A stretch of 57,702 nt of DNA, filler included, from Hydrolagus affinis (lineage: Eukaryota): NCBI GenBank assembly GCA_012026655.1. It is 4 parts of 4 records of this genome, joined end to end, with 100 filler letters (N's around TTAATTAATTAA, not from the genome) between each part and the next. Parts side by side here need not be neighbours in the genome. Positions count along the whole stretch, not along the records: positions 25,934 to 43,908 come from JAAILG010015247.1; positions 44,009 to 57,702 come from JAAILG010020185.1; 2 more parts are not named here. The stretch is one strand, 5' to 3'. The position numbers and the translations under genes were made by a program. Within the stretch, counting starts at the first letter, position 1. Every line of letters begins with the position of its first letter. Positions 37,606 to 50,000 of this stretch are shown here, piece by piece. Below the pieces are notes generated by a model. It searched no databases. It saw nothing but the letters and a program-made list of their open reading frames with translations, and was not told where the DNA came from.

Positions 37606-38576
37606 TCACCAATGTTGCTGAAGTTCAACCGCATTTGTAGCCAACTTCTTTCCTACCTTGTGTTTATGATGTTTTATGATTAATTTAGCAATCATATGAA
37701 AGGGATAAACTAACCCTTTCTTACACTCCTCTCTGAACTTAGTCTGAGTTAATGCATAGATACAGGTGTTTGCACAACAACTCAACCTTTGCAGCATGAT
37801 CCCAGTTTCTTGGACAATATATCGGGTGCTATTGACAAATGTTTTGCTATAATTCGAATTGGAAAGTTGCCATATGAATGAATGTAGAACAAAGGTTACC
37901 CACAAAATTACAAAAGTGCCTGATATGGCGAACAGTAAAACAACAGATTTTTTTCGCGTTTTCAACTCAGGATCATTTGTTTTCTCAGCATTTCTCTGAC
38001 CCCGAAGCCTCCTGCGGACTTTACTGGCCATCAGAATGTGTCTGATAACCACAGCATTGAACAGGCAAATCAAAGCAAACACAAACAGTGTGTTAAAAAC
38101 ACGGAGAAATCTTTCGTATAATTTCCAGGTGAGCAAAGTGTAAAAGTTTGGTTTGAAGATACAGTACCACGGGGTATTGTTAACTATAATCGCAAAATCA
38201 AATACAATGTAACAACGAATGCTGGCTGAGCAGCTCAAAACAGACAGAGTCACAATTACCATTGTGTCCGTTCTCTCCGTGCAATATATTGGCCTGAGAT
38301 TTTGGCAGCAAATGGCAACAAATCGATCAAAACTGAAAGCAACTGTGAACCACAAAGAAATAAAGACGGCTGCAGTCCTCAACACAACACTGACACTACA
38401 CACTGGAGTGTAGAATAAGAAAGTTAATGGGAAATACAGATTGTTAATTTTGATTAACAACACATCCAAGAGGACAACCAGGAGATCCGAGGCTGCCATG
38501 GCCACCAGATAGCGAGTGATGCACTTAGAGAGACCACAGTTTGCTCTTGACAGGATGACAATCGCCACCAAATTAA
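37606..38576 (-). CDS. Class A GPCR, GPR139-like, gene B exon 2
   Basis: Open frame paralogous to gene A; acceptor tttacacag at 38577-78. Confidence 0.88.
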
Positions 38577-38799
38577 CTGTGTAAACGATAGAAAACAGGG
38601 AAAATTATTCATGAGAATACAGTAGTGAGATTAGCAGTTTACGGGTGTGTCATACTTGGTTGTTTCTTTATTTGAGTTGATTCTATTAATTCAGAACATT
38701 GTCCATGTCTCAATCGCTTAACAAACCCTTTCATACAGGTTGGATTTCTGGCCTTGATGTAAGGAAGCCTGCATTAAACAATCATCAAAATAATTTCTC

Positions 38800-39965
38800 C
38801 TGGTTACTTTCCAACGCTTTGCTCTCAAACAACATCCTAGTTCACCTCTGGTTGCTCAAAGGACCGGTGCCAGCCACTGAACGCACCTGGCTGAAATCTG
38901 TTCTAATGATCCACCAGTATATCTGACTGCACCATATCAAAACCGGTCACCGTGCTCTGGTCTCTGCCAAATCGTACTTCTACTCCAGGATAATCCTTGA
39001 GGTGAAGGACAACCACAAGTCCTTGTTCTCCACAAGAAATCGGCTAGTCTGCTCTCTCCATCACACCTCTCAGATCCTCTCCTCCAAATCCCACAGCGAG
39101 GAGATGCTGGATTTCTGCGAGTACAAAATCGAGGGAATCAAATCAGCTGCCACCACCTGTCCACCTTCCACCCCAACCACACCATTCCAGCACACCACAG
39201 CGTCTACCCATCCATCCTTCTACACCTTCGAACCTATCTCCCCATACTCTGTCATCACCACCATATCCTCCATGCAGCCCACTACCTGCTCCGTCCATCC
39301 CCACCTCTCCCTCCCTCCAGCTACACCTCCTTGCCTCTCTACTTCTGATAAAGTGCACCTTTCCCTTTCAACTGACATTGTTCAGACCCACTTCAAAACA
39401 ATAAACATCACCCGCATCCTTAAGAAACCTTCCCTTGATGTGCTTCCAAACTATCGGCCAAGCTCCAACATCCCTTTTCTGTCAAACGTCCTTGAAATTG
39501 TCATTGCCTCCCAAATTCACTTGTCACTTCCACCCATTTATTCCACGAGCCCTTTCAATTGGGTTTCCATGCTGCAGGCAGCACTGATCAAAGTCTTTGA
39601 TGACATTCTTAACCTCTGTCACCAGGGCACTCTCTTTGTCCTCCTAGTCCTCCTTGACCTGTTCGACACTGTCGCGCGATCCACACTCCAACATCGCCTC
39701 TCATCCCTCCTCAATCTTCATGGACCTGCCCTACGCTCAGTGGTGGGCTTTCAGCATCGCTGCCACTGAACTCCGAAACTCCATCCCACATTCTCCTTAC
39801 CTGGATTCTTCCCTTGCCTCCTCCTCTTCGACCATGCCCTCCTAACTCACTGCCGCCCATCCCCACTAAACTACCCCTATTCCTTGCTCAGGTCCCGACA
39901 TGGCTGTTCAGTGCCTTGGGACGTCCTCTCGAAGTGAAAGACAACAATGTAATTTTGTTGTTGTT
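38800..39965 (+). mobile_element. Decayed L2-clade LINE in the GPCR B intron
   Basis: Orthologous to 20560-21750. Confidence 0.85.
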
Positions 39966-40565
39966 GTAATATTCAAATCCCAGACAAATGGCTCAATAAT
40001 AGGACAGTACAATTAATCGGTGCCTTCTCCAAATAACCCAGCGAGGCTAAATGCTGCAAATTATGTGTCCTTTTTTGATTCTGTTTTATTGCAAGTCAGA
40101 AAAGTTATTATGGAATCATATATATTTACAAGAAAATTTATATCTTTGGCTCTTTGTGTCTGCACTAGCTCTGAGATAAAGTTATATATGCAGATTCACA
40201 GCCCTGAATATCCCCATTTCTGTAGCCGAGTCCTGTAGCTAAATGATTAGAGCTCAATCGATGAACCTGGGTTCGATTCCAGGCAGGTCAGAGTGAAGAT
40301 TTGCAAGTTTCGTTACTCCACATGCTGGCAATGATCCATCGTCAAAAGATAATAAAATCGGTCATTTTAATTCATGATAGTTTGTAGGACACTGATGAGC
40401 ACAATTGGCTGTCGCATTTTGCCGACAAACACAAACTCATTTCACATGACAGTATATTCTTTGAGTTGCTTTGAGATTTCTAGAAAACATGACAGGGGGC
40501 CATATCAAGTGACAATTGAAGTCGTCTATTCACGATTGCCACAACATGAAAACAAATAGGATTAC

Positions 40566-40635
40566 CCGGAATTCCACATGCTGCCAGAATGGGGTAGTAA
40601 ATAGCTACTACAGCGTACACTGTTGGAAATTCCAT
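40566..40635 (-). CDS. GPCR gene B exon 1
   Basis: MEFPTVYAVVAIYYPILAACGIP + G, donor gtaatc. Confidence 0.85.
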
Positions 40636-41744
40636 GCCCTGTTTCACATGTTGTCCTGCTGAAGTGGAGGCTTGAATGAACTCAATGAACTCACACTGAA
40701 ATAAATCCGTACTTATAGCAAATGTGAAGTTACCACTTGAATAACTAATGCAGTTAATGCAATTAGTTCCAGACCAGTAAACAAACAAGAGTGTTTTCAC
40801 ATGAGAATTGCACACTGCAATGTAAACTGTGGCTTGTGGCACAAGGAAACTTGCTAAATGTGTCGTCCTGCTGGGAATCGAACCCAGGTCACTGGCTTAG
40901 TAGGCTAGTGCTCTGATCACTGAGCTACATGAATCTACAATGTAAAAGTTATTATCTTTTTCAGGCAAATTAATTTTTTAATTGACAATCCCAAAAACAA
41001 CCTTAGATTTCCTGAACTCTGCCATTTTTATTTAGGTTCATATTTTGTGCAATAAAAGCCAGTTTGTCTCCGTTGTTGACCCCCGTTAATGTGTAGAGTA
41101 TTGTTCAATACAGAAGTAAGATCAAACACATCCTCAGCATCAGTGAATAACCTGTTAATTCTCAAAATATAATTGCACCTTGTGTATTATATTTGTTGGT
41201 AACCGTGGTGGCAAGTGTACAGCTGTGATCGTATTCTGGTTAGTGTTCTGTGTTGTGGCCGCAGCAACCTCAGTTCCAATCTGACTCATGATAATCTCCG
41301 TTCCTTTTCTGTTTGATATACTTTAAAAAGTTTAACATAATCTCAGTCCACGAATAATGTGAATTTGAAATTTCCTGCTGTTTGCAGTTAATCTCTAATA
41401 AACATAATAATACTTGTATTTGATGTAGCATTTCATGTTTGGAGGACGCTTTGGGATGTCCTCTCGATGTGAAAGTCGTTCTATATAAGTGCATCTGATG
41501 CTGTCTTCCAAACGTATCAAATCGATTGAATGAATTCACTGTAAGATGAACTGACAATATATTTTGTGGGCGACAACAATCAGTGTCAACCAGTCAAGTT
41601 TAATAAACATTGTTAATATTACATCACTTCTTCTGGGATCAGAAATATCTCCTGTGGTAATGAAAACATCTGTTTTTTGAGTCCAACATCTCACTCAGTC
41701 GCCACAATTCGTCACTCACCCACCTTCAACCACACAATGATCCA

Positions 41745-43005
41745 GTACAACAACAACAACAAAATTACATTTATAGATCATCTTTCACGTCTGGAGGACG
41801 TTCCATGGCGCTGAACGATCATGTCAAAACCCTAGCAGGGGGGGAAGGTTTGGGGTAGAGGGAAGGGGAAGGAGAATAGGAGAGGGGGGAGAGTTAGGCG
41901 GGTAGCAGAAGAGAAAGGTCTTGAGACCGGCCTTGCAGGAGGAAAGAGAGGAAGTGAGGCAAAGGGATTGTGGGATGGAGTTCCACAGTGTGTGAGCAGC
42001 GAGGCTGAAAGCGCGGCCACCGATTGTGGGGAAGATAGGTTGGTGGGCATGGAGCAGGCCAGAGCCTGCTGAGCGGAGGGGAAGGGCAGGCTGATAGGGA
42101 GACAGCAGGTCAGAGGGATAGACGGGGGCAAGGCTATAAATGTTCTTCAAGTTGAGAACGAGGATCTTGGATTCGATCCTCTGGGGGATGGGGAGTCAGT
42201 GGAGATGAGTGAGTGTGGGAGTGATGTGGTCGCAGAGTCTAGTGCGGGAGATCACATGAGATGCAGGGTTCTGAATAATCCAGTTTGAGAAGGGAGGAGC
42301 TGTAATGGCCGATGAGGAGAGAGTTCCCGTAATCCAACCTAGACGTGATGAAGGCATGTATGAGTATTTTGGCAGCATGGGGGGTGAGGCAGTTGCGGAG
42401 TCTTGCAATGTTACGGAGGTGGTGGAAGGCTGTACTGGTGATGGCGTGGATATGAGGGAGGAAGGACTGTTCGGGGTCAAATAAGATGCCCAGATTCCTG
42501 ACTGGCTTCGAGAGTTGGAGAGAGCAGCATTGAATGCTGATGGCGTCAGCACCTGAGGTGTGGAGGCACTGACGTGAGCCAATCAGGAGGGCCTCCATCT
42601 TGTTGACGTTAAGTTGGAGGAAAGTGGTCCTCGTCTAGGACTGAATGTCGGACAGATACGCAGTCAGAACACCAGTAGTCCTGGTGTCGAGGGTGGAGCG
42701 GAAAGGTACAATTGGATTTCATCCCCATAGATGTGGAAATTTACCCCATGTCTGTGGATGATGTCACCCAAGTGGAGTATGTATAGGGTGAAGAGCAGGG
42801 GGCCAAGGACAGAGCCCTGGGGAACGCCGCATGTGACTGTGCGAGGGCTGGAGGAAAAGCCATTGGAGGAGATGAAGTGAAGGTGGTGAGAGAGATATGA
42901 CCGGAACCCATCAAGGACAGAGCCTTGAAGGTGGAGGAGGATTGTGTGGTCTACAGTAATAAAGGCAGTGAATAGGTCGAGGAAGACAATGAGGAAGAGT
43001 CAGCC
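41745..43005 (-). mobile_element. L2-clade LINE, 5'-truncated, present only in copy 2
   Basis: [16 protein letters not shown]-type RT region, AFHHLRNIARLR; (caa)n tail at ~41745. Confidence 0.9.
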
Positions 43006-43219
43006 TTTCCTGAACCCTGCCATGCTATCTATCGTGGCCTCATAGTAACACACAATAGGAACCCACAGAGTCATAGTATCCTCCGTCTAATCATGATAAT
43101 GTAACCACTTTATGCAACTAAGTACTTTTTCATTTTTACTGTCAGCGATTGTCAGTGAATCGGCAGCTATAGCTTCTTTGTAATCTTCAATTCAATAATA
43201 ATAATAATCCTTGCATTTG

Positions 43220-43655
43220 ATAAGATCCTCGTCCTCAACTTCAAGTCCTTATATGGCCTTGCCCCATCCTAATTAACCAATATACTCTCCCCCTACAAGC
43301 CCACCCAGACCCTCCGTTCAGCAGGACTTGGCCTGCTCCAATCCCCCCACCCGAACCGCCCCACCATTGAGGCCGGGCCTTCAGTTTTTCTGCTCCGACC
43401 CTATGGAATTCCATCCCCCAATGCCTCCATCTCACTTCCTCTCTTTCCTCTTTCAAGGCCGGTTTGAAGACTTTCCTCTTCGACCGTGCCTTTTGTTCCA
43501 CCCCGAATTTTTCGACCTCCCCTATGTGTTTCACTCCTTCCCAAACACTCCCCCACCCCAGCTCAGGTCACACGCCTCCTGTACAGCGCCTTGGGACGTC
43601 CTCCCGACGTGAAAGGCGCTCTATAAGTGTAATTTGTTGTTGTTGTTGTTGTTGA
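43220..43655 (+). mobile_element. Young L2-clade LINE 3' end, present only in copy 2
   Basis: Interrupts a SINE tail that is continuous in copy 1 (~23005). Confidence 0.85.
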
Positions 43656-43908
43656 TATAACGCATTCTCCTGTCTTTTAGATTTCTCAAAGCGCATCGCA
43701 AAATATACTGTAAAGTGAATTGACTTTATATTGGTGGGTGAAACAACAACAACAACAACAACAAATTACATTTATAGAGCGCCTTTCACGTCGGGAGGAC
43801 GTCCCAAGGCGCTGCACAGGGGGAATGTGACCCGAGCTGGGAGGGGAGTGTTTGGGCGGGGGTGAAACACGAAGGGGAGGTCGAAGAATTTGGGGTGGAA
43901 CAGAAGGC

Positions 43909-44008
43909 NNNNNNNNNNNNNNNNNNNNNNNNNNNNNNNNNNNNNNNNNNNNTTAATTAATTAANNNNNNNNNNNNNNNNNNNNNNNNNNNNNNNNNNNN
44001 NNNNNNNN
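43909..44008. other. Artificial contig linker / gap
   Basis: N44-TTAATTAATTAA-N44. Confidence 0.97.
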
Positions 44009-44114
44009 ACTCACTCACTCACACACACTGGTGTTGAAGTAATCGAACATGAACAGAGCAACACCATCCTGACCACAAGGTCACAGGGAGGGCTTGTGTC
44101 ATGAAGCACTGTCA

Positions 44115-44166
44115 CGGAAGTGATGCTGAAACACCTCATCGCCGACAAACAATTTGCATAATAAAC
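44115..44166 (+). promoter_or_regulatory. Candidate V-gene promoter: ETS-like CGGAAGT, octamer ATTTGCAT, AT-rich box
   Basis: cggaagt at 44115-44121; exact ATTTGCAT at 44152-44159, 40 nt upstream of the leader ATG. Function is inferred. Confidence 0.5.
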
Positions 44167-44199
44167 TCAGGTGCAAAGCCAGTCTCCTGAGGAGCGACA

Positions 44200-44245
44200 A
44201 TGGGACTGTTCATCACTTCGCTTCTCTTACTGAGCTTTATATCAG
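44200..44245 (+). pseudogene. Leader exon of the TCR V pseudogene
   Basis: MGLFITSLLLLSFIS + G, donor gtgagg; hydrophobic 46-nt phase-1 leader. Confidence 0.75.
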
Positions 44246-44792
44246 GTGAGGCTGTGTACCATAAAATACATATGGCTATGCATATAGCGACTGTTTCTTC
44301 TGAAGATTATTGAAATTTCTGGCATCAATAATAATAATAATCCTTGCATTTGTTATAGCGCTTTTCACGTCTTATCGACTTCTCAAAGCGCTTCACAGAA
44401 TATACTGTCAAGGCGAATTGTCTGTACATTTGTGGGCGAAACACGCAGCCAATTGCGCACAGCAGCGTCCTCTCACATACTCGTGGATTGAATTGACCAA
44501 TTTTACCATCGTGTTTATTTTAGAGGAAATATATTTTACCCAGCATCGCACGAGCAGAAATTGATTGAGTGAGCACGTAATTTTAAATTGCTACTGTCTG
44601 CACGAAGGCGATCCGGCAATGAACGAACGATTCGTTCCTCCTTATTCCTCAGTTAACTCGTGTGTATGTGGTGACCAAGTTAAATAACCCAATGGTTTTT
44701 TCTATCCCGTAGCCTTCTCTTGTGTGAGCCTAGTGGTCTATCAGGACAATAATTGAACTAAGTGTGATGTTGATCCTTTTATCTGTTTGCTG

Positions 44793-45104
44793 ATGTGATA
44801 CTGGAAGATTCTGTAAGACAGCAGATACACAGGCTGAGCAAACAAGACGGAGACACGGCGATTCTGAGCTGCTCATATACAACCAGCTCGTCTTATGCCG
44901 TTCTGTGCTGGTAGAGACATTACCCAGGACACCCTCCCCAATAAATTCTCTACAGGAATACTGATGGAGTAGGCAAAACTGCAGGTTTTAACAAAAGCCG
45001 TTACTCTGCACATCTTGACAAGAGTCAGAAATAATCCACATTAAGATAACCAGTCTCACGGTTACTGACGCTGCCACCTATTATTGTGGTTTCAGAACAA
45101 GTAG
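44793..45104 (+). pseudogene. T-cell receptor alpha/delta-type V segment pseudogene
   Basis: EDSVRQQ...GDTAILSCSYTTSSSYAVLCW*RHYPGHPPQ*ILYR...RYSAHLDKSQK*STL/ITSLTVTDAATYYCGFR. Three stops, one frameshift, and the acceptor apparently mutated (ctg). Confidence 0.9.
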
Positions 45105-45143
45105 CACAGTGCTGCAAGTCAACAGCTTGCCTGTACAAAAACC
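45105..45143 (+). other. 23-bp-spacer recombination signal sequence
   Basis: CACAGTG (45105-11) + 23 nt + ACAAAAACC (45135-43); both elements are perfect consensus. Confidence 0.97.
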
Positions 45144-45809
45144 TAGTCAACATTGACGCACAATAATACCCCATGGAACAGTCAATTTAAGTCAACTGCA
45201 GCTTTATGCTGAGATCATTCGCCTCGCAACTGAGAATACCCTGGTTTCGTAACCAGCAGGGCGAAAATTTGGGCAAGCTTCCATCTTCCAAGCAGTACAA
45301 ACCATCATTAAGAAGGAAAACGTTTGTTAGTTGATAGTTGGATTGCTTATTCAAGTATTAATATTCGTGTATAAAAAAATGTTGGTTTCTCAATCTACTA
45401 CTGCTTTTCGACACTATTGTTTGCAATTGGCTGTCGTGTTTCCCACACAATGCGAAACATTGGCAAGCTTCCTTACTCCACACACACACGCTTGCTAGGA
45501 TATCTCCAAAACACACCACAACAATAAAAATTGATCATTTCAATCGACGACTGTTTTAGGGACGCTATTGTTCGCAATTCCCACCGGCGTTTCGCCCACA
45601 CATATAATTCACGTTACAGAATCTTCTGGGAAGCGACTTGAGACGTCGATACGATTTGAAAAAGCGCTATTTCAAATGCATGTATTATCAATATTAATGT
45701 ACAGTCAATTTAATTTTTTCAATAAATGTATCTTTCTAAATGGTTGTTCAGGATCAAGACGCTGAATGGCATCTTCCAGCTTTAAATTCGTATGCTATGT
45801 TATTATATG

Positions 45810-46194
45810 CACTGCCACACACACACACACTTGCACACATAATGTCATATACGCACACGCATTGTCCCTCAGACAGACAAGCGCACTGACACAAACGTGC
45901 CCACAAACTCTCACACACACTCGTACACACATTGGCACACATACGCTTTCAGATACGCACATAGACACACATACATAGTGTCACATATGCATAAACATAC
46001 ACAGAATATCACACATAAGTGCACAAAAACAGATCGACACATTTGCACATACACAATGAAGCTCAGGCACGCAAACACACACAATCACACGCACTATCTT
46101 ACAGACATACACTCTCTTTCGCATTCACATATAGCATGTCACACACAAACACGCATCACACACGTGCGTTCCTGCACATACAGAGAGAGAGAGA

Positions 46195-46260
<66 letters not shown>

Positions 46261-46305
46261 CGCACACACCCACAGACTCTCTGACAACTACACACACACT
46301 GAACC
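45810..46305. repeat. CA-rich low-complexity tract and (GA)n microsatellite
   Basis: Direct inspection. Confidence 0.85.
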
Positions 46306-46732
46306 TTGAAATATAATAATAGATACAGACAGCAGATGGAGCCCAGTCACACAGCGCATCCTCTATCAGTTCTGTCAGCTCCATTGTTACGTCAGTCACT
46401 GTGACCATCTTCAGTTCCTGTAGCTTCAGGGAGAATCGTGGCTGATTGTGAATAACATAGGTTTTCCTGACACAGGAAAGGCTACACTGCACATGTAGAG
46501 ACTTGCTGTGTTCTCATAATTGTACTGTACAACATTATGGACAGTTTGTCTCCAGTATAATAGTGATCAATATAACATTGGAGTCACACTCAGTTATTTA
46601 TTTGTATCTAAGCATCATTCGTTTTCTAGGCCACGACATGAAAACTCAAAATGTAAAGCCGAGTAATTTCTGGAAACATGTAAGATTTATTTGAAGGAAA
46701 AAAATATTCGTATAATAAATAAGTACTTTGGA

Positions 46733-47030
46733 GCTCCTGTAGCTGAGTGGTTAGAGCACTCGTCTTACAAGCGTGTGACCTGTGTTCGAATCCAAGCAGA
46801 TCAGGGTGAAACTTTGGGTAAGTTTCCTTAATCCTCACACACGCCTGATAATAATCCCTCCAAAAAAGCCACAATAATAAAATTGGTCATTTCAATTCAT
46901 GGCTGTTTGTGTGGGAAGCTTCTGTGCGTAATTAGCTGCCGCTTTGCGCCCTAAAACATACAGTCAACTCACGTTCCAGTGTATTCTGTTTAGCGCTTAG
47001 AGACGTGGATAAGATGTGGAAAGCGCTATA
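46733..47030 (+). mobile_element. Deu-type SINE, near full length
   Basis: ctcctgtagctgagtggttagagcactcg...tgttcgaatcc head; aattagctgcc core; aaagcgctatatc tail. Confidence 0.8.
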
Positions 47031-50000
47031 TCAAAAAAGTAAAGACGAGGAATTTGAACTCTATATTCTTTGGTGTATCGTTAGCCATTGAAGCCGTGCA
47101 GGGAGAAGACATTGGGTTCATGCAGACTGGTGCGGGTGAATACACAAGTTGCAGAGTTCTGTATTGTCTGCAGTTCGTGGAGAGAGCGGTTGGGAAGGCC
47201 GTCGAAAAAGCAGTGGATGCAGTGAACAACAACAGCATCAACATTACATTTGGAATGCACATTTCACGTCAGAAAGACGTCCAAAGGTGCTGGATAGTTA
47301 CTGATTCAGACTCGAGCTGAGGAGAGGGACGTGGGGGAAAGGAGTTGCTGTTGGGAACATCGAAGAGAAGAGTCTTGAGGCGAAATTTGAAGGAGGCCAG
47401 GGAGAGGACGAGGTGGACGGCCTTCGGAATGGAGCTCCAGAGATTAGGGGCAGAATGCTTGATTGCTCGCTCGTCAACTGTTGTGCGGCTTGGGCGGAGG
47501 ATGTGGACCAGGCCAAATCCTGCTGAATGGAGGGGGCGGGCAGCTTGATAAGGGGATTAAGAGGTCACGGATGTAGTGTGGGCGAGCTTGCGGAGGGCTT
47601 TAAATGTAAGGACCAGGATCTTGAATTGCAGACGCGAACCCTGGAGATGATCAATCCATGGATTAGATTTTCAGCGGTCTGATCCATGAAACATTTACTT
47701 AAATGTGGGCTATTACAGGAGTAGAACAAGGCAAAGCTTAGGGTTAGAAAGTACAATGGAGGGTTAACCAATGCAACTGCAACATCAACACATTTACACT
47801 TGTATAGCGGCTTGATACGACATCGTCCTGATTGGCTCGGTGAGGTGGAGTGCGTATTCCCATATTTGGTGATGCTGACAGTGTCTCAGTTGTGAAGGGA
47901 TCCCGGAGCACAATTGCAGATTATATTTCAGAGACAGAAAACGTGTAGTCAAAACACTGCGGGACACACCGTCAGGATTCCACCCATTCAAAATGCAATG
48001 GCAAAGAGGATATGGTTAGCACTATATTGTTCCAATGGTTAAAACAGAAACAAATAACAACATTAATGTGGTTCTCAAAGTCGGGATAGTGCTCGGTTTT
48101 AGTAACAGTGTTATGTACACAGATATATAGAAAATTATCTTTTGCACACAGAACAAAGATGACTAATATAATGTCAATCAGATAATTATATTGCAACAAG
48201 GAACCACTATAATAAGTCATGTAGTGCACAAGGTAAAAGCATTATCACTACCATTTATTTTGGATACAAGGAATAATTTCAGCCAATCACTTCAAACGAT
48301 TGACAGATACAGTAAACACAAATGCAGCTCCTGTGTGCACCACTTGACTTGCAGGCGTGAAACGTGTGTTTGAATCAAGGAAGATCAGCGCGACACCTTG
48401 GGCAAGTTTTTTTACGCCACACAGAGACCTAATATGACTTAAATATGGGTTGCTGTAGAAGTGCAGCAAGGCGGTTCTACACTTGGTGGTGATTGACTGT
48501 GAGAGACGAGGCGGAGGTGGAGATAGAAGGGGAGGGTGGTGATATGGATGAGGGATTCACCCTCAACCCCTGGGGATGGGTACAGAAGGAATCATGAGAA
48601 GGCCTTTATATATTCGCAATATGTTTTTGTTAGTGAGAAGTGAAATATCAATGAGGAGATAGGTATTTGGTGAGGAGACGTCATCTGTAAATGAGGGGAG
48701 AGGAGATTTCATCGAGGAATCAATCAGATTGTTGGTTTGGGGAAAGGGACGTGACAGGAATTCCGATTTTCAAATGTGAAAATGTTGCGTCACAAATGGA
48801 AGCACTGTAAATGTTTCCTAACGTGGTTCAGTACATCCTAGAATTGAAGATTTCAAATGATTCAGATTGCGGCAGAATTTGCATATTTGTCGACCAAAGA
48901 TACCGAGTTTAAAGGAGTGAATAAACGACATTCTGAACAATAAGTTTGAAAATTCACTGTTTTATTATTATAGATGTTCTCGATACAATAGATATATTAT
49001 CTCATTCATCATCACTTTCGTTTCGATCCATTCAACTAAAACAACACCAAACAACGAAATTACTTTTGTACAGCGACAGGAGGACGTCGATTGAAATTAC
49101 CAATTGATTATAGTTCATTTGAGGGATTCTTCTTCGTCTTGTGGTGTCGTGCCCAAGATTTCTCCCTGGCCTCCTGGATTCGACCACAGATCTCACACTT
49201 GTAAGGCGAGAGCTCCAACCACTGAGCTACAGGACAACATAGAAATGGTAGCACTGGGAAGGTGCGGGGAGTGGGCAGGGTATGGTGGGTAACTGGAATG
49301 TGAAATTGAATGTTCACCCGAACAGACAGAATCGATTTTTAGCGTTTCATGCCAAGGAAGCACCGCTTACAATGTACATTAATCCCCCCCGTTCCCAACA
49401 TTGTGTTGGAGTATCACTAAATTTTATTCCGAGTCCCCTCAAAAGGGTTTGAACCCACAAAATGTTGACTCGGGTTTGAGAGTAGCAACATTGAGACAGA
49501 CAGACAGAAGCGATTCCCGATGAATTCTTATTACTTACAGTTAGATAAGCTATAAATCAACAACTGCAAAATTACTTTAATAGAGCGACTTTCCTGTCAG
49601 CATTACGTCCCAAGGTGTTGAACAGTCAGCGGTCGGGACGGGGGCATCGATGAGGGTAAGGATTGGGGGACGTAGAGTGTTTGGAAGGTGGCTGAAGGCA
49701 CGATTGAAAAGGATGGTCTTTGGACCGGCTTTGAAAGAGGCAATGGACTGTGGAATGGCGATGCAGAGGAACGTGGCAGAGATTATCAAACTTAAAATAT
49801 TTGTCCTCAGGTTTATGGCCTTCAGCGGCCCTGCTTCCTAAAATATTGACTTGCAGCTCGATTTAGTGCAATGAAATTAGGATCACGTTTCAAAAATTAA
49901 AGAATCCAACAGTCATTCACCCCTTCGTCAGTGAATTTATTCTTGACCAACCTGCCAGAGAGATGAGGACATCAGTGAACACAGTGGAAATGCAAGACAA

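Larger units (their letters stand above)
34205..43745. repeat. Segmental duplication, copy 2
   Basis: Collinear with 14131-23100 apart from private insertions and a replacement. Confidence 0.9.

Noticed and set aside
47780-48230. Hydrophobic minus-strand fragments suggesting another receptor pseudogene
   Set aside because: I could not find any diagnostic motif; unassignable without a search.
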